Shown piece after piece: positions 60,895 to 64,000 of a stretch of DNA of 64,000 nucleotides (position 1 is the first letter of the stretch; each line of letters opens with the position of its first letter). Origin of the DNA: Rhizophagus irregularis. Lineage: Eukaryota. The stretch lies in contig NC_089435.1 of the NCBI RefSeq assembly GCF_026210795.1, forward strand, positions 2,852,001 through 2,916,000. Reading direction: 5' to 3'. A program made the translations under genes and the position numbers. Under the pieces are notes generated by a model. It saw only the letters and a list, made by a program, of their open reading frames with translations, had not been told where the DNA came from and did no database searches.

Positions 60895-63800
60895 ATGGAA
60901 ACCAAATTTGGTAAAACAAATATCTCAAATAAAAATACTGATAATATAAATACCAAAAATTGTTCACATTGCAATAAATTTTTTACTGAAAAATTATGTT
61001 GTAAAGAATATACTAATTCTTTAGAAAAATTAGCAGAAAATGGCCATTCTAATGCAATGTTTAATTTAGCTATTAGATATTATAATGGAGAAGGAACAGA
61101 AAAGAATTTAGAAAAAGCTTTCCATTGGTATCAAAAAGCAGCAGAAAATGGTGATAAAGAAGCAATGAATAATTTAGCTACTGGATATTGTTATGGAGAA
61201 GGAACAGAAAAGAATTTAGAAAAAGCCTTTCATTGGTATCAAAAAGCAGCAGAAAATGGTCATATTATAGCAATGTATAATTTAGCTATTAGATATTATA
61301 ATGGAGAAGGAACAGAAAAGAATTTAGAAAAAGCCTTCCATTGGTATCAAAATGCAGCAGAAAATGGCTATTCCAATGCAATAAATAATCTAGCTTTATG
61401 TTATAAAAATGGAGAAGGAACAGAAAAGAATTTAGGAAAAGCCTTTTATTGGTTTCAAAAAGCAGCAGAAAATGGTAATGAAGAAGCAATGAATAATTTA
61501 GCTATATGTTATTATAATGGAAAAGGAACAGAAATGAATTTAAAAAAAGCCTTTCATTGGTTTCAAAAAGCAGCAGAAAATAGTAATGAAAAAGCAATGA
61601 ATAATTTAGCTATATGTTATTATAATGGAAAAGGAACAGAAATGAATTTAAAAAAAGCCTTTCATTGGTTTCAAAAAGCAGCAGAAAATGGTTATATTAA
61701 TGCTATGTTTAATTTAGCTATATGTTATTATAACGGAAAAGGAACAGAAATGAATTTAGAAAAAGCCTTTCATTGGTGTCAAAAAGCAGCAGAAAATGGT
61801 TATATTAATGCTATGTTTAATTTAGCTATACATTATAAAAATGGAGAAGGAATGGAAAAGAATTTAGAAAAAGCCTTTTATTGGTTTCAAAAAGCAGCGG
61901 AAAATGGTTATATTGAAGCAATGTTTAATTTAACCATATTTTATAAAGATGAAAAAGGAACAGAAAGAATTTAGAAAAGGCCTTTTATTGGTGTCAAAAA
62001 GCAGCAGAAAATGGTCATATTAAAGCAATGTTTGGTTTAGCCACATTTTATGAAAATGGAGAAGGAACAGAAAAAAATTTAGAAAAAGCCATTCATTGGT
62101 GTCAAAAAGCAGCAGAAAATGGTCATATTAAAGCAATGTTTGGTTTAGCCACATTTTATGAAAATGGAGAAGGAACAGAAAAAAATTTAGAAAAAGCCAT
62201 TCATTGGTACCAAAAAGCAGCAGAAAATGATGTTAAAGAAGCAATGTTTAATTTAGCCATACATTATGAAAATGGAACAGGAATAGAAAAGAATTTAGAA
62301 AAAACCTTTTATTGGTATCAAAAAGCAGCAGAAAATGGTGATATTAAAGCAATGTTTAATTTAGCTATTAGATATTATAATGGAGAAGGAACAGAAAAGA
62401 ATTTAGAAAAAGCTTTCCATTGGCATCAAAAAGCAGCAGAAAATGGTGATAAAGAAGCAATGAATAATTTAGCTACTGGATATTGTTATGGAGAAGGAAC
62501 AGAAAAGAATTTAGAAAAAGCCATTCATTGGTATCAAAAAGCAGCAGAAAATGGTGTTAAAGAAGCAATGTTTAATTTAGCCATAAGTTATAAAAATGGA
62601 GAAGAAACAGAAATGAATTTAGAAAAAGCCTTTTATTGGTATCAAAAAGCAGCAGAAAATGGTCATATTAAAGCAATGTTTGGTTTAGCCACATTTTATG
62701 AAAATGGAGAAGGAACAGAAAAAAATTTAGAAAAAGCTATTCATTGGTACCAAAAAGCAGCAGAAAATGGTATTAAAGAAGCAATGTTTAATTTAGCCAT
62801 ACATTATGAAAAAGAAAAAGGAATAGAGAGTAATTTAGAAAAAGCATTTTATTGGTATCAAAAAGCAGCAGAAAATGGTGTTAAAGAAGCAATGTTCAGT
62901 TTAATCACATGTTATAAAGATGAAGAAGGAACAGAAATGAATTTAGAAAAAGCCTTTTATTGGTGTCAAAAAGCAGCAGAAAATGGTCATATTAAAGCTA
63001 TGTATAATTTGGTCATATATTATGAAAATGGAGAAGGAACAGAAAAGAATTTAGAAAAAGCCTTTTATTGGTGTCAAAAAGCAGCAGAAAATGGTATTAA
63101 AGAAGCAATGTTTAATTTAGCCACATTTTATGAAAATGGAGAAGGAACAGAAAAAAATTTAGAAAAAGCCATTCATTGGTACCAAAAAGCAGCAGAAAAT
63201 GATGTTAAAGAAGCAATGTTTAATTTAGCCATAATTTATGAAAATGGAGAAGGAACAGAAAAGAATTTAGAAAAAGCTTTTCATTGGTGCCAAAAATCAG
63301 CAGAAAATGGGGTTAAAGAAGCAATGTTCAGTTTAGCCGAATGTTATGAAAATGGGGAAGGAACAGAAAAAAATTTAGAAAAAGCCTTCCATTGGTACCA
63401 TAAAGCAGCAGAAAATGGTCATATTAAAGCAATGACTAATTTAGCCATATGTTATGAAAAAGAAAAAGGAACAGAAAGCAATTTGGAAAAAGTATTTTAT
63501 TGTCATCAAAAAGTGTCAGAAAGTAACAAAGTGAATCCTAAAAATGAATCTGAATTATGTAATGAATGCAAACAGCCATATACTGTTTACTGGTGGTGTC
63601 AAAAATGTAATTCTAAACGATTTCAACAAGATTTTTCAAATTGGACTAGTAAAAATGAATTTATTGATAAATTTATTCAAAGAGCACAACTAAATGCTAA
63701 AAATAGTTATGAAATTTTAGAATGGATACCTTATAATAAATTGACAAATATTAATTATTATGATAAAGGAGGATTCAGTGATATTCATAAAGCTATCTGG

Positions 63801-64000
63801 TCAGATGGACCTATTTATGGTTGGAATTTTGATAAAGAACAATGGAATAGACAAACAGATTATGAAGTCATTCTTAAAACACTTAATAATTCATCAAGTT
63901 TAAATAGCAAATTTCTGGATGAGGTATGTAAATTACTTATATTTAATAGTATATTTTATTTTCTTTTGTAAAAATTTAATTATTTTTATCATCTATATAG
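60895..64000 (+). CDS. Sel1-like repeat (~23 x 36 aa) + TKL kinase; 1-bp frameshift at ~61965; continues beyond the window
   Basis: 108-bp repeats (AMFNLA..Y.NGEGTEKNLEKAF.WYQKAAENG), then CxxC...CxxC, NWTS.N..ID, EWIPY, KGGFSDIH and VILK. Intron from ~63926 to 64000. ACAGAAAGAAT at 61960 lacks one A relative to the repeat consensus ACAGAAAAGAAT. Confidence 0.9.

Noticed and set aside
61030..63525. Regularly spaced DNA repeats as a non-coding array
   Set aside because: The period is 108 bp and in frame; they encode Sel1 repeats.

Overview
Very AT-rich, intron-containing eukaryotic DNA. The gene families (TKL kinases with a CxxC...NWTSGN..ID N-terminus, BTB-BACK-TLDc, Sel1-repeat kinase, F-box/LRR, LamG) suggest an arbuscular mycorrhizal fungus (Glomeromycota, Rhizophagus-like); this is inferred, not searched. 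The window is a repeat-rich accessory region. It has two tandemly duplicated RING/U-box-like TPR genes, each beside a truncated copy. It also has an intact TKL kinase, an intact BTB-TLDc gene, two BTB-TLDc pseudogenes forming a ~6.3-kb imperfect palindrome, a frameshifted F-box gene and a ~23-repeat Sel1-kinase. Several DNA transposons have ends and target-site duplications (TSDs) that can be read directly. The most notable element is a young Mutator-like (NOF/FB-type) transposon at 23660-28311, with 102-bp TIRs and a 9-bp TSD. Its single gene fuses an OTU (vertnin-like) cysteine protease, a DDE transposase and a C-terminal HTH, split by a -1 shift at an A7 run. It sits inside a CCC-ended element with a 3-bp TSD, which in turn sits inside a probable retroelement 3' end. 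Two unrelated fold-back palindromes share a near-identical 16-mer at their centres. All alignments and translations outside the supplied ORF track were done by eye; no database searches were run.
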